64,000 nucleotides of DNA from an uncultured Gemmatimonadales bacterium (GCA_963739455.1 CAVUAK010000001.1:768001-832000); one strand, 5' to 3'. Positions 1 to 12,256 are shown, counted from the first letter of the stretch. Numbers and translations are program-made. Notes: generated by a model not told the origin, from the letters alone.

Positions 1-1
1 C

Positions 2-247
2 GTGGTCGATCCCGCCCATCAGGGCGAAGGGATCGGCTCAACATTGCTTGGCGAGATGGAGCAGCGGCTTGCGGGCCGCGCGCGCCTGATCGTCGCCGAG
101 ACGGCGGGACGCGATGAGTACGGGCCGACGCGAGCGTTCTACGAGCGCCGTGGCTATCACGCCCAGTCGCGCATTCCCGATTTCTACGCCCCGGGCGACG
201 ATCAGGTCGTCTACGTGAAGTATCTGAGCGCCGCGGTTCGGCCTTAA
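2..247 (+). CDS. GNAT family N-acetyltransferase (C-terminal part, truncated by window edge)
   Basis: VDPAHQGEGIGSTLL acetyl-CoA motif A and RAFYERRGY motif B; no start codon inside the window. Confidence 0.85.
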   Translation: MVDPAHQGEGIGSTLLGEMEQRLAGRARLIVAETAGRDEYGPTRAFYERRGYHAQSRIPDFYAPGDDQVVYVKYLSAAVRP

Positions 248-264
248 GGAGGACGGGTACCGGC

Positions 265-1440
265 ATGGAGACCTGGCAGGAGGTCCTGCGAAAGAACTCG
301 ATCGCTTCCCTCGAAGCGCTCGCCATCAAGTTCGGCCCGGAAAACTTCCCGGAGCTGGACCGGCTGCGCATCGCGGCGGACAATTTCGAGTTCCGCATCT
401 CGCCCGCAATGGTGGACCTCATCAAGGAGCCGAACGACCCGATCTGGCGCCAGTACGTGCCGACGGTCGACGAGCTCGATGTGGTCGATGGGATTGTCGA
501 CTCGCTCAACGAGGACGAGGACAGCCCGGTACCGAACATCACGCACCGCTATCCCGACCGGGCGCTGTTCCTGGTGTCGCCGGTGTGTGCCTCGTACTGC
601 CGCTTCTGCACCCGCCGGCGGAAGGTGGGGGACCCGGAGAAGATCCCGATGTCCCAGTTCGAGTCGGCGTTCCAGTACCTCGAGGAGCACACGGAAATCC
701 GGGACGTGATCATGTCGGGCGGCGATCCGCTGCTCCTCAATGATCGCCGGCTGGACATGATCCTGACCCGGCTCCGGTCGATCAAGCACATCGAGATCAT
801 CCGTATCGGGAGCCGGGTGCCGTGTCACCTGCCCGAGCGGATCACGCCGGAGCTGTGCGAGACGATCAAGAAGCACCACCCGGTATGGATCAACACGCAC
901 TTCAACCACCCGGACGAGCTGACGCCGGCGGCCGTGAAGGCGCTGGGCATGCTGGCGGACGCGGGCATTCCGCTCGGCTGCCAGACGGTGCTCCTCAAGG
1001 GGGTCAATGACAGCCCCGAGGTCATGAAGTCGCTGATGCACCGGCTGATGATGGCCCGGGTGCGGCCGTACTACATCTACATGGCCGACCAGGTGGCGGG
1101 CGCCGAGCACTTCCGGACGACCGTGCAGACCGGGCTCGAGATCATGCACGCGCTTCGGGGATGGACCAGCGGCCTGGCCAACCCGTACTTCGTCATTGAC
1201 GCGCCGGGCGGCGGCGGGAAGATCCCGCTCCTGCCGGAGTACGTCGAGAGCATGAACGAGGAAGAGGTGGTGCTGCGGAACTTCCGGGGCGAGCGGTTCG
1301 TCTACCGGCAGGCGCGGGAAGAGGTGGGGGTCGGGGCGGGATCGTCCGATCCGGAGTACCTGTTCCAGCCGACGCTGCAGCTGAAGAAGTCGCCGCGGAA
1401 GAAGGCGGTGGGAGCAGCGAGGAAGCGAAAGACGGCGTGA
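265..1440 (+). CDS. KamA family radical SAM protein (lysine 2,3-aminomutase-like)
   Basis: HRYPDR, CASYCRFC (CxxxCxxC), SGGDPL, HFNHP, QTVLLKGVND, DAPGGGGKIP with PLP lysine; AAGGAGG SD upstream. Confidence 0.93.
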   Translation: METWQEVLRKNSIASLEALAIKFGPENFPELDRLRIAADNFEFRISPAMVDLIKEPNDPIWRQYVPTVDELDVVDGIVDSLNEDEDSPVPNITHRYPDRALFLVSPVCASYCRFCTRRRKVGDPEKIPMSQFESAFQYLEEHTEIRDVIMSGGDPLLLNDRRLDMILTRLRSIKHIEIIRIGSRVPCHLPERITPELCETIKKHHPVWINTHFNHPDELTPAAVKALGMLADAGIPLGCQTVLLKGVNDSPEVMKSLMHRLMMARVRPYYIYMADQVAGAEHFRTTVQTGLEIMHALRGWTSGLANPYFVIDAPGGGGKIPLLPEYVESMNEEEVVLRNFRGERFVYRQAREEVGVGAGSSDPEYLFQPTLQLKKSPRKKAVGAARKRKTA

Positions 1441-1443
1441 ACT

Positions 1444-1554
1444 GGGACGTGAAGGCGTGAGGACGTGAAGTGGACGGAAAGAGGGGCGGCCCGCATGGAC
1501 CGCCCCTCTTTGTTTCCGCCTGTCAGTCACCTCACGTCCTCACGTCCTCACGCC
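1444..1554. repeat. Inverted arrays of octamer CCTCACGT flanking the terminator
   Basis: GGACGTGA AGGCGTGA GGACGTGA (about 1445-1468) versus CCTCACGT CCTCACGT CCTCACGC (about 1530-1553). Confidence 0.75.
1476..1517. terminator. Probable bidirectional intrinsic terminator between convergent genes
   Basis: AAAGAGGGGCGG...CCGCCCCTCTTTGTTT stem with A/T tails on both sides. Confidence 0.7.
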
Positions 1555-3069
1555 CTACTGCGCAAACTTCACGATCGTCGCGTCCTTGGCCAGGTAGAGG
1601 ATCTCGAGCGCACCGTCCCGGCCGGGCACCATGGCGGCGGTGCGGGTAAGACCGATGAGGCTGTCGACAGTGCTGTAGCGCCAGCGGGGCCCGCTGGTGC
1701 AGACGCTGGAACAGGTGGCGTAGCGCAGGCGGTCGAGACCGTTGTCGAGGAAGATTGCCTGGACGCGGCCGTTCGGGTCCATGGTGACGCCGTTGCCCTT
1801 TCCAACCAATCCCGTCGTCGTGAACTCGAAGCCAGTCCAGTTGGCAACGGTGATGCACGCGCTCAGGCAGGAAGCGTACTTCACGCTGCCCAAGGCACCC
1901 GTGCCACCGAGCGCCGCGTAGTAGGTCACGAGGAGCACATTACCGGGACCGATCGCGATCGAAGGGTTCTGGCCTCCGTCGAATACGGAGACAGGGCCCA
2001 CCAGCCAGGACGCGGTGCCCACGCAGGTGACGGTACAGGTGGCGTACTTGAGGGCCCGGTTGGTGCTGTCCTGGTAGACGACATGCAGGGTGGTCCCATC
2101 GGCAACGATGGCGCTCGTCATGCCGACAAACGGCCCGGTGTCGGGGGTGCCCTGTTCCCAGTTGGCGTCCAGCGCACACAGCCCCGGGCAGCGCGCGTAC
2201 CGGAGAAAGCTGTTGATACCGTCGTAATACGTGGTGTGCACAATGCCGTCCGGCGTCACCGCGATCGACGGATTGATGCCGATCAGGCTGCTGGAGTTGT
2301 CGACGGTGGCGATGGACCAGGAGAGGAGATCGGTACAAGCGGTAGTGCACGTCGCGTACTGGAGTGTCTGCAGCCGGTCACTGCGATAGACCACGTGGAC
2401 CCTGCCCGTCCGGTCGACACCAATGGCGCTGGAAGAACCGATGTTGCCCACGGTATCCACGGCCAGGGTACGCCAATTCCCAGCGAGGGAACAGTTGCTG
2501 GCGCACTCGGCGTAGATGAAGTCGCCATTCGTCGAATCGGCATAGACCGCGTGGAGGCCGCCCGACGAATCGGCAGCGAGCGCCAGGTCCCCGAAGAAGC
2601 TGATGCCGGCCGCGGTGCCGTCGGCCAGCGGAAAGGTGACGATCGGCCGGGTCTTGAAGCTCCAGGTGAATGGCTCGGCCATGACCGACCCGCTGGTGGA
2701 CTGCAGCGAACGGGTAATGGTCGCGTTGTAGGTCATGTTGGGCAACAGCGTCGCGGTGGCCTGGAGCGTGGTGCCGCCGGGAACGAGAATGCGTCGGGAG
2801 ACGTCGACCGCGCCGGGATTCTCAGTGATGACGAAGGACGAGGTCGTGGCGGTCGAGGTGTTGAGCGGCTGGCTGGCGGTGACCGTCACGGGCAGGCCAT
2901 ACGGAGCGAGGAGCGCTCCGGCGGCCGGGGACGGATTCGAGATAACCAGCGGGGTGCCACCGCCGCCACCGCTGTCGGGCGGGGGAAGCGGCACCGGTTC
3001 ATCGCATGCGGCCAACCCGGCAAGGAGCAAGAGGGCAGCGACGCTGCGCCGGTTCCATGGTGAGCTCAT
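1555..3069 (-). CDS. Lipoprotein with Ig-like (Big_5-like) domain and six Cys-containing beta-propeller-like repeats
   Basis: Lipobox LAAC; N-terminal Ig-like domain ending FTWSFKT; six YAxCxxxC...W repeats; GGAGG SD before ATG 3069. Confidence 0.75.
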   Translation of the reverse strand: MSSPWNRRSVAALLLLAGLAACDEPVPLPPPDSGGGGGTPLVISNPSPAAGALLAPYGLPVTVTASQPLNTSTATTSSFVITENPGAVDVSRRILVPGGTTLQATATLLPNMTYNATITRSLQSTSGSVMAEPFTWSFKTRPIVTFPLADGTAAGISFFGDLALAADSSGGLHAVYADSTNGDFIYAECASNCSLAGNWRTLAVDTVGNIGSSSAIGVDRTGRVHVVYRSDRLQTLQYATCTTACTDLLSWSIATVDNSSSLIGINPSIAVTPDGIVHTTYYDGINSFLRYARCPGLCALDANWEQGTPDTGPFVGMTSAIVADGTTLHVVYQDSTNRALKYATCTVTCVGTASWLVGPVSVFDGGQNPSIAIGPGNVLLVTYYAALGGTGALGSVKYASCLSACITVANWTGFEFTTTGLVGKGNGVTMDPNGRVQAIFLDNGLDRLRYATCSSVCTSGPRWRYSTVDSLIGLTRTAAMVPGRDGALEILYLAKDATIVKFAQ

Positions 3070-3126
3070 CAAGTTCCTCCGGCCAGCGGGCCTCGAGTGC
3101 GGTAACACGATATCCAGCCGAAAGAT

Positions 3127-3142
3127 CGCAAGCGACGAGCCG
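3127..3142 (-). promoter_or_regulatory. Candidate sigma54 (-24/-12) promoter
   Basis: Minus strand CGGCTCGTCGCTTGCG = GG-N10-GC with TTGC, about 60 nt upstream of ATG 3069. Confidence 0.4.
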
Positions 3143-3201
3143 GGCTGGGAACTCCAGCAAGAGACCGCTTCGGAGCTATCGTGTAAGTGATGGAATGATA
3201 A

Positions 3202-4812
3202 TTACTTAGCGGTTAACTGCGGCTCCAGGCCCCACCGTTCCACCCCCTCAAGCCAGCTCCAGGGATCGATAACAACCCCGGTGATTCGCCGGGAGACGAC
3301 GGCGGATTGCTCGGGTGTGTAGAGGAACACCGCCGGCACGTCGGCGTTCATGGAATCGAGCACTTCGCGCCAGCGCGGACGCGCGGTCGGAAGCGCGGAT
3401 GCTGAAAGAGCCTCGCCGATGAGGGAGTCGACAACCGGATTGCCGTAGCGACCGTAGTTGAGCGCGCCCCACCCTGCCCTGGTCCATTGATCGACGAGCC
3501 CAAGCGGACTTGGCTCATCGAGATAGGCGCCGATGTACACGTCGAACTTTCCCTCGGCGAGCCGCTGCTGGAAGACGGGAAAATCGACGGCGTCGATCGA
3601 AACGTCCGCGCCGAGCCGGCGCCAGGATTCCTGCAGCGCTTCGGCGAGCAGCTTCCGGCTTGGGCTGGTGGCGGGCACGAGCAGGCCGAAAGCGAGCCGA
3701 GTGGTGCCGTGTCGACGCATGCCCGATGCATCGCGCTTCCAGCCGGCGGCATCGAGAAGCCCGGATGCCGCAGCGGTGTCGAATGGCAGGGTGACGACGC
3801 CGTCACCAGCAATCCACTGCAGCCGGGAGACGGGTCCCTCGGGGACAGCGGCGTTGGGGCCGAAGACGGCGCGGGCCATTGTGGCGCGATCGACCGAGAG
3901 GGTGAGCGCCTGCCGGACCGCGCGATCGGAGAAGCGTGGATCGGGCTTCCCCTTCGCGCCGATGAACTTGAATGCCGCGAACCCGTAGACGGCAGACGGG
4001 TAGGGCATGACGCGAAGCAGCGTGTCGGCGGCGGCGCGGTCGGACTGCGCCGGCGGCCCCGCGTGCTCCAGCAACTCGGCCTCCCCCGAGAGGACCAGGT
4101 TGAGCGCGGCGTCAGGATCGGTGGTGAAGCGCCAGACGAGACGGCGAATGGCTGGTGCCGGTTGCCAGCTGGAGTCAGCGTCCAGCGTGATGGCCGTGCC
4201 GCGCTCCCAGCTGACGCACGCGATAGGGTCCGCTCCCGACCAGGTGCGCGAGGCTCGTGTCGTTGGGCCAGGAGGCGGGTGGCATTCCCGACCAGATGTG
4301 CCTGGGCAGGATGCGCACGTGCCAGGTGGCGTCATACAACTGCTCGGGCGAGTAGCGTGGAAAGTGAATCAGCACCGTGGCGGAATCCGTCGCCTCGGCG
4401 GTAACGCCGGTGAGTGCGGATGCTGCCGCCGTCTCGAGAGTGGAGTCGGTGTATGCAGCGAAGGAAAAGACAACATCGCCTGCCGTCACCGATACGCTGT
4501 CGTGCCAGAGCGCGCCGGGGCGGAGGTGGAAACGCCATGTGAGTGAGTCGACCCGTTCCCATGAATCAGCCAGCGCCGGATGAAACGCGGTGGGGTCGAT
4601 GGTGGCGCCACCGGACCTGAACGTGGCGAGTCTTTCGTAGACGCGATCACTGATGTCGCGACCGACGGTCTCGAACACCAGCGGAGGAAGGATGCTCGCA
4701 GGTTCGCGCACGGCGGCGATGCGGACGGTGCCGCAATCCTGGCACCTGAGATCCGCTCGCTGACACGCCGCCAGGACAAGGATGGCGCAGGCCAGGACCC
4801 GGACTGGCGCAT
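3202..4812 (-). CDS. Peptide/nickel ABC transporter substrate-binding lipoprotein (SBP family 5), apparent frameshifts
   Basis: LAAC lipobox, PALADSWE, WRFHLRPG..WHD, GSGPY, VRQALTLSVDR; halves in ORFs 4175-4879 and 3202-4335 join near 4215; start inferred at ATG 4812 assuming another indel. Confidence 0.8.
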
Positions 4813-5009
4813 TGGCGCCTGCATCGCGATGATGTGGGTGGAACAAAACGTTACACTCCATTCCCGGGTGCCGAAGCATTGGCTACCTGTAACTTATTAC
4901 CGGAAAGCTACTTAGCAAATCTGGCCGAAAGGGAATGCCGCCTGCTTATGGGTGGGTGTCCGGGGCCCGATCAAGGGCCATCCTTCTGACCAGACCCAGA
5001 GGTATCGTC

Positions 5010-5927
5010 ATGCGAAGCACTACTGCTGTTACCCTCGCCGCGAGCGTGATCATTCTCGCCGGCTGTTCCGATGCAGGCACCGGCACGGGCACCTCTGCCG
5101 ACGCGACGGTGCGATTCAATGTGGCGACGTCGAGTGCGCCCGCCGCCGCGGGTGCCGCGCTCAGCGTCAGCGGAGATCCGGAGACGTTCACTGACGGCAC
5201 CAACACGCTGGTGATCGATACCGCGCAGATGGTGCTGCGCGACATCAAGTTCCACCTGGTGGAGACGGCGAGCTGCACGGACGATGGCAACGATGATGGC
5301 CCCAACGGTGGCGGCGCTGACAGCAGCGAGAGCGGTGACGACCATGGCAATCACAGCGGGTCCGATGTGAGGACGGCCGGTTCCCGCATTGCGATGTCGC
5401 ACGATGACGACGGGAATGACAGCGACTGCGATGAGCTCCGGATCGGGCCGTACCTGCTGGACCTGCCGCTGGGTGCCGGTGCAGCGCGGGCCTTCTCGAT
5501 CGAGCTTCCGGCCGGCAGCTACCGCGAGGTGAAGTTCAAGGTGCACAAGGCGACGAACGACAGCGACGCGGCGTTCCTCACCGCGCACCCGGAGTTCGCG
5601 CAGAAGAGCGTGCGAGTGGTCGGCAAGTACAATGGCGTGGCTTTCGTCTTCACCAGCGACGCCACGGCGAGCCAGGAAAACGCGTTCGATCCTGCGCTGG
5701 TGGTGGACGGCACCACGGCCACCGACCTCACGCTGTTCGTGGATCTGTCGACCTGGTTCCTGGTGGATGGCGTGCTGGTAGACCCGGCGCTGGCCAACGA
5801 CCAGCAGCCGCTGTCGAGCCAGGTGAAGAACAACATCAAGGCATCGGTCCGCGCGTTCGAGGACAATGACCGCGACGGCGAGGATGATCACCATGACCAC
5901 GGGAGCGACAATCACGGCCAGGGCTGA
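5010..5927 (+). CDS. Lipoprotein, DUF4382-like, with acidic/His-rich segments
   Basis: LAGC lipobox; ELPAGSYREVKF motif; C-terminal EDNDRDGEDDHHDH. Confidence 0.7.
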   Translation: MRSTTAVTLAASVIILAGCSDAGTGTGTSADATVRFNVATSSAPAAAGAALSVSGDPETFTDGTNTLVIDTAQMVLRDIKFHLVETASCTDDGNDDGPNGGGADSSESGDDHGNHSGSDVRTAGSRIAMSHDDDGNDSDCDELRIGPYLLDLPLGAGAARAFSIELPAGSYREVKFKVHKATNDSDAAFLTAHPEFAQKSVRVVGKYNGVAFVFTSDATASQENAFDPALVVDGTTATDLTLFVDLSTWFLVDGVLVDPALANDQQPLSSQVKNNIKASVRAFEDNDRDGEDDHHDHGSDNHGQG

Positions 5928-5945
5928 CGGGATCCGGAGTCGCGG

Positions 5946-7277
<1,332 letters not shown>

Positions 7278-7305
7278 ATCCGGCAGCAGGCCGGAAGGAT
7301 GCCGC

Positions 7306-7941
7306 ATGTTTTCCAGCGCACGCTTCAGGGTGATGACCGTCGTCATTGCGGTGGCGCTCGCCATCGGCTGCTCGTCGGACTCGGGCGCACCCTCGCCCAA
7401 TGACCCGGGGTCCGAGCGACCACCCGACGGGCTCACCGTCGCGCGACTTGCGGTCACGGCGCCGCCGCTGGAGGAGAACACGGTGTCGTTCTGGGCTGTG
7501 AAGGGCCGGAGTGCGGAGCAGAGGCTCTACTTCCTCGATGAAGGCGGTGGACGGGGGGACGAATACCTCTCGCTCAAGCTGGAGAATGAGTCGTTGAGCC
7601 AGCGACCCGACGGGTCGGCGATCGCCGAGGGCGACTCGGTGCTGATCACGATCACGGTGGAGGATCCGGCGCTGGTGCTGTTCTCGCTGGAGCCCACCGG
7701 GCTCAAGTTCAGCGCTGAGAAGCCGGCCGAACTCAAGATCCGCTATGCGCATGCGGACGATGACTTCAATGAAGACGGCGACGTGGACGGCGAGGACAGT
7801 CACCTGGAGACGATCCTCGGCATCTGGCGTCAGGAGTTGCCGGGCCAGCCGTTCGTGCGCCTGGGCAGCGTGAAGGTGGAGGACGAGGAAGAACTCGAGG
7901 CGAAGCTGAATGGCTTCAGCCGCTACGCGATCGCCTACTGA
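7306..7941 (+). CDS. Hypothetical lipoprotein
   Basis: AIGC lipobox after a hydrophobic stretch; DDDFNEDGDVDGED acidic motif; start may be 7306 or 7333. Confidence 0.7.
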   Translation: MFSSARFRVMTVVIAVALAIGCSSDSGAPSPNDPGSERPPDGLTVARLAVTAPPLEENTVSFWAVKGRSAEQRLYFLDEGGGRGDEYLSLKLENESLSQRPDGSAIAEGDSVLITITVEDPALVLFSLEPTGLKFSAEKPAELKIRYAHADDDFNEDGDVDGEDSHLETILGIWRQELPGQPFVRLGSVKVEDEEELEAKLNGFSRYAIAY

Positions 7942-7949
7942 GTCGATCG

Positions 7950-8939
7950 ATGATCGCGCCCACCGCTGAACCTGACCTCGTCGCGATACTGCGCGCGCTG
8001 CTTGGCGCGGGCCGGTATCGCGAGGTGGTGTCGTCGTGGCTCGCCGCGCCGGCGGCGGACGCGCGCCGCAGCGAGGCGCTGCTGCTGGCGGCGACGGCGT
8101 CGATGCGACTGGGGGACGTGGTGCAGGCGGGAGAACTGGCGGCGGAGGCGGCGGAGGGATTCCGCCTGCGGGCCGACCTGGACGGGCGGCTGCGCGCCCT
8201 CAACCTGCTCGGCGCAGTCGCGTTCGAGCGGGGTGACCTGGATGACGCCGCGAGCCGATTCGAGATGGCGCGCTCGCTGGCGCGGCAGCTGGGCGATACG
8301 CTGTTCGACGCGCACGCGGCCAACAACCTGGCGTCGGTGGCACACCTGCGTGGCGACGCGGTGACGGCGCTGAGCCTCTATCGCGCCGCCCTGCTGGGCT
8401 ACCAGCGTCTCGGCGACCGGCGCGGAACGGCGCAGACATACCACAACCTGGGGCTCGCGTTTCGGGAGCTCGGTGCCTGGCAGGATGCGGACGAGGCGAC
8501 GGTGCAGGCGCTGCGGCATGCGCGGATGGTGGAAGATGCCGCGCTGGCGGCGCTGGCGGTGACGGGTCGCGCAGAGCTCGACGTCGCGCGGGGTGCGCTG
8601 GACGTGGCGTCGCGCGAGCTGGATCGCGCCAGCGAGCTCGCACTGCAGGCAGGCGACCAGATCGGCATCGCCGAGATCGGCCGGGTGCGAGCGGTGGTGG
8701 CACTGCAGCGGAATGACGCGGGGGCGGCGCTGGAGGAGGCACGGGCTGCGGGCTCGATGGCGGAGAGCCAGGGATCGGCGCTGCTGGTGGCGGAGTGTGC
8801 CGCGGCGGAGGCACTGGCGTTGCGACGTCTCGCGCGACGGGGGGAAGCAGATACCGTGCGGGTGAAGGCGGAGGACGGGTTTGCGCGGCTGGGGGCGGCG
8901 GCGCTCGCCGAGCGCTTCAGCCGGGAGTGGGAGCGCTAG
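7950..8939 (+). CDS. Tetratricopeptide repeat protein (MalT-like TPR, no output domain)
   Basis: Repeated ALNLLG/AANNLA/TYHNLG helical TPR motifs. Confidence 0.8.
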   Translation: MIAPTAEPDLVAILRALLGAGRYREVVSSWLAAPAADARRSEALLLAATASMRLGDVVQAGELAAEAAEGFRLRADLDGRLRALNLLGAVAFERGDLDDAASRFEMARSLARQLGDTLFDAHAANNLASVAHLRGDAVTALSLYRAALLGYQRLGDRRGTAQTYHNLGLAFRELGAWQDADEATVQALRHARMVEDAALAALAVTGRAELDVARGALDVASRELDRASELALQAGDQIGIAEIGRVRAVVALQRNDAGAALEEARAAGSMAESQGSALLVAECAAAEALALRRLARRGEADTVRVKAEDGFARLGAAALAERFSREWER

Positions 8940-9927
8940 TAGTGTCGGAGCCTCGTCCATAGCGGGCGATGAACTCGCGCACCAGCAACGTCAGCGGCAC
9001 CGCCAGGATCGTCCCCACCGGCCCGAACACCCATCCCCAGAACAACAGCGAGAAGAACATCTCCACGAAGTTCATCTCGAACCCGTGCTTGATGAGCCGC
9101 GGGCGGATGATGTTGTCATTGATGAAGCTGATGAGCACGTAGCCCACCACCACCATCAGGGCGCGATCCCAGCCGAACTGCAGCAGCGCGATGATAGCGG
9201 GCGGCACCATCGCCAGCACGAAACCCACCACCGGAATGAACGACACGAAGAAGGCGAGCACCCCCCACGTGATCGCAAAGTCGACCCGCAGCACCTCGAG
9301 CAGGACCAGGTTGGCCACGGCGCCGATGAAGGCCATCAGTGCCGTGAGGCGCATGTAAGCCCGGATCTCGCCACCGAACGCCTGGGTCTGCTGCATCCAG
9401 CGCAGGCCGGGCAATCCCGGCGTCCGGCTGTCGCGCACGGCGAGATCGATGAGCATGAAGGCGACAAGAAGCAGGACAAAAATCCCCCGTCCCAGGGTCA
9501 GGATGACGCGGCTCGCCACGGAGGTGGCGGTACCGACAAGCCGGTCGGGATTCAGGAAGCCCAGGGTACTCAGGTGGCTCGTGTCGACGTGCAGGCGGGT
9601 GAGCAGCGCCGTGGTGCTGGCGCCGAGCGAGGCGAGCTGCTGCTGGTAGTGCGGAAGCGTCTGGACGAGTTGGGTGAGCGAGTTGATCAGCAACCCGATG
9701 AGCACGGCCCCGCACACGACGGTGAGTGCCAGGGTGAGGATCGATGCCGCGGCGCCGGAGAGGCCGCGGCGCATGAACCACTGCATCACCGGCGCCAGGC
9801 TCTCGGCCACCACGATGGCCACCATGAACACCGTCAGCACCGGGGCCAGCGACTGCAGGGCGAATACGATGATCGCCGCAGCCGCTGCGCCAAGGAGGAG
9901 GCGCAGCAGGGGTGTCGCCGGGATCAC
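8917..9927 (-). CDS. AI-2E family transporter
   Basis: Multiple TM helices, FVSFIPVVG, DNIIRPRL, FWGWVFGPVGTILAVPLT; GTG start at 9927 inferred. Confidence 0.88.
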   Translation of the reverse strand: MIPATPLLRLLLGAAAAAIIVFALQSLAPVLTVFMVAIVVAESLAPVMQWFMRRGLSGAAASILTLALTVVCGAVLIGLLINSLTQLVQTLPHYQQQLASLGASTTALLTRLHVDTSHLSTLGFLNPDRLVGTATSVASRVILTLGRGIFVLLLVAFMLIDLAVRDSRTPGLPGLRWMQQTQAFGGEIRAYMRLTALMAFIGAVANLVLLEVLRVDFAITWGVLAFFVSFIPVVGFVLAMVPPAIIALLQFGWDRALMVVVGYVLISFINDNIIRPRLIKHGFEMNFVEMFFSLLFWGWVFGPVGTILAVPLTLLVREFIARYGRGSDTTSAPTPG

Positions 9928-9934
9928 GGGCGCG

Positions 9935-11020
<1,086 letters not shown>

Positions 11021-11204
11021 ATTGCTTTATGCTGATCAGACATCAGGGTTGACCGAGCGGATGCTGCGGGCCCGGGGCAGTATCCTATGGCGCGAACGGT
11101 CCGGGCGCCACCGCGGCATAACCACAAGGTTGCTCTGGACAGCCGGACAGGGCCTCACCATGTTTCTCAGCCCTTATCGCCTACCCTGTATCCGAGGATG
11201 TCTT

Positions 11205-11882
11205 ATGCGTCGTTTGTTTGTCCGTACCGTTGCGGCGGCTTCCCTGCTGGCGGCAGCCAGCGCGGCCCCGGCCGCCGCCCAGATCCCGACCTCAGCGTTC
11301 GAGATCACTCCGCTGATCGGCTACGTCTGGGGTGGCGCCTTCCCGACCGCAGGCATCTCGAACGTTCCCAACGGCCGCCTGGTACAGGAGAGCGGGCTCG
11401 GCTGGGGCGTTGAGGCAGGCTTCACGCCGAACGGCAGCAGCTGGTTCGAGCTGACGTACCTGCGCCAGGATAGCGATATCAACTTCGTTGCGACCGGTGG
11501 TGGCTGTCCCGCATTGAACCCGGCCAACTGCTCGTCCACCCTGGCCGTGAACTACATCCATGCCGGCGGCCGCTGGGAGTTTGGCCAGAAGGCCAAGATC
11601 CATCCCTTCCTCGGCGCGGGCCTCGGCGTCACCATCTTCGATCTCGGCGCCCCGGGCGTTGGTTCGAGCACCGACTTCTCGATCTCCGGCCAGGCCGGCG
11701 TCCGCTACATGTTCGGCAAGGCGCAGCGGGTCGGCCTGCGCGGCACGTTCCGCGGCTGGTGGAGCTTCGTGCCGAACGGCCAGGTGGCGGCATGGTGCGG
11801 CTGGTACGGCTGCTTCGCGCAGCAGGCCTCGTCCACCGTGGCGCAGGGTGAAATCTCCGCCGGACTGGTCATCCAGTTCTAG
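11205..11882 (+). CDS. Outer membrane beta-barrel protein
   Basis: Signal peptide ending AAAQ, alternating beta-strands, C-terminal aromatic F (GLVIQF). Confidence 0.8.
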   Translation: MRRLFVRTVAAASLLAAASAAPAAAQIPTSAFEITPLIGYVWGGAFPTAGISNVPNGRLVQESGLGWGVEAGFTPNGSSWFELTYLRQDSDINFVATGGGCPALNPANCSSTLAVNYIHAGGRWEFGQKAKIHPFLGAGLGVTIFDLGAPGVGSSTDFSISGQAGVRYMFGKAQRVGLRGTFRGWWSFVPNGQVAAWCGWYGCFAQQASSTVAQGEISAGLVIQF

Positions 11883-11903
11883 TCCGCCGCGGGTCGAGTT
11901 ACA

Positions 11904-11931
11904 GAAACCCCGGGCGGCGCCCGGGGTTTTC
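11904..11931 (+). terminator. Intrinsic terminator
   Basis: GAAACCCCGGGC-GGC-GCCCGGGGTTTTC hairpin after the stop codon. Confidence 0.75.
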
Positions 11932-11989
11932 TCGTTGGGGGGCAGAGGCCCAGGCCCATTGTGTTCATGACGACATTGCGAGGCACACC

Positions 11990-12241
11990 ATGACTCCAGA
12001 CGAACCACTTCCCGATTTCTCCGACGTCGAGGGCGGCAGCTCGTCCGCCGCTGCGGAGCCGGAAGCGCAGGTCGCACCGCGCACCTACGAAGTGAAGAAG
12101 GGCGACAGCCTGTCGAAGATCGCGAAGCACGTGTACGGCGACGCCGGCAAGTGGAAGGCGATCTTCGCGGCGAACGGCGACCAGCTCAAGGACCCTGACA
12201 AGATCTATCCCGGTCAGGTTCTCACCATTCCAGACGCCTGA
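11990..12241 (+). CDS. Small LysM domain protein
   Basis: YEVKKGDSLSKIAKHVYG...W..IF.AN...DPDKIYPGQVLTIP. Confidence 0.92.
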   Translation: MTPDEPLPDFSDVEGGSSSAAAEPEAQVAPRTYEVKKGDSLSKIAKHVYGDAGKWKAIFAANGDQLKDPDKIYPGQVLTIPDA

Positions 12242-12256
12242 CGGCGAGGAGCGATC

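Noticed and set aside
244..1530. Long antisense or overlapping ORFs (also 1465-3063, 4971-6992, 9674-10993, 33597-35219 and others)
   Set aside because: Shadow ORFs expected in high-GC DNA opposite well-supported genes; no motifs.
4921..4940. Sigma54 promoter upstream of the 5010 lipoprotein (TGGC...TGC)
   Set aside because: GG-to-GC spacing is 12, not the required 10.
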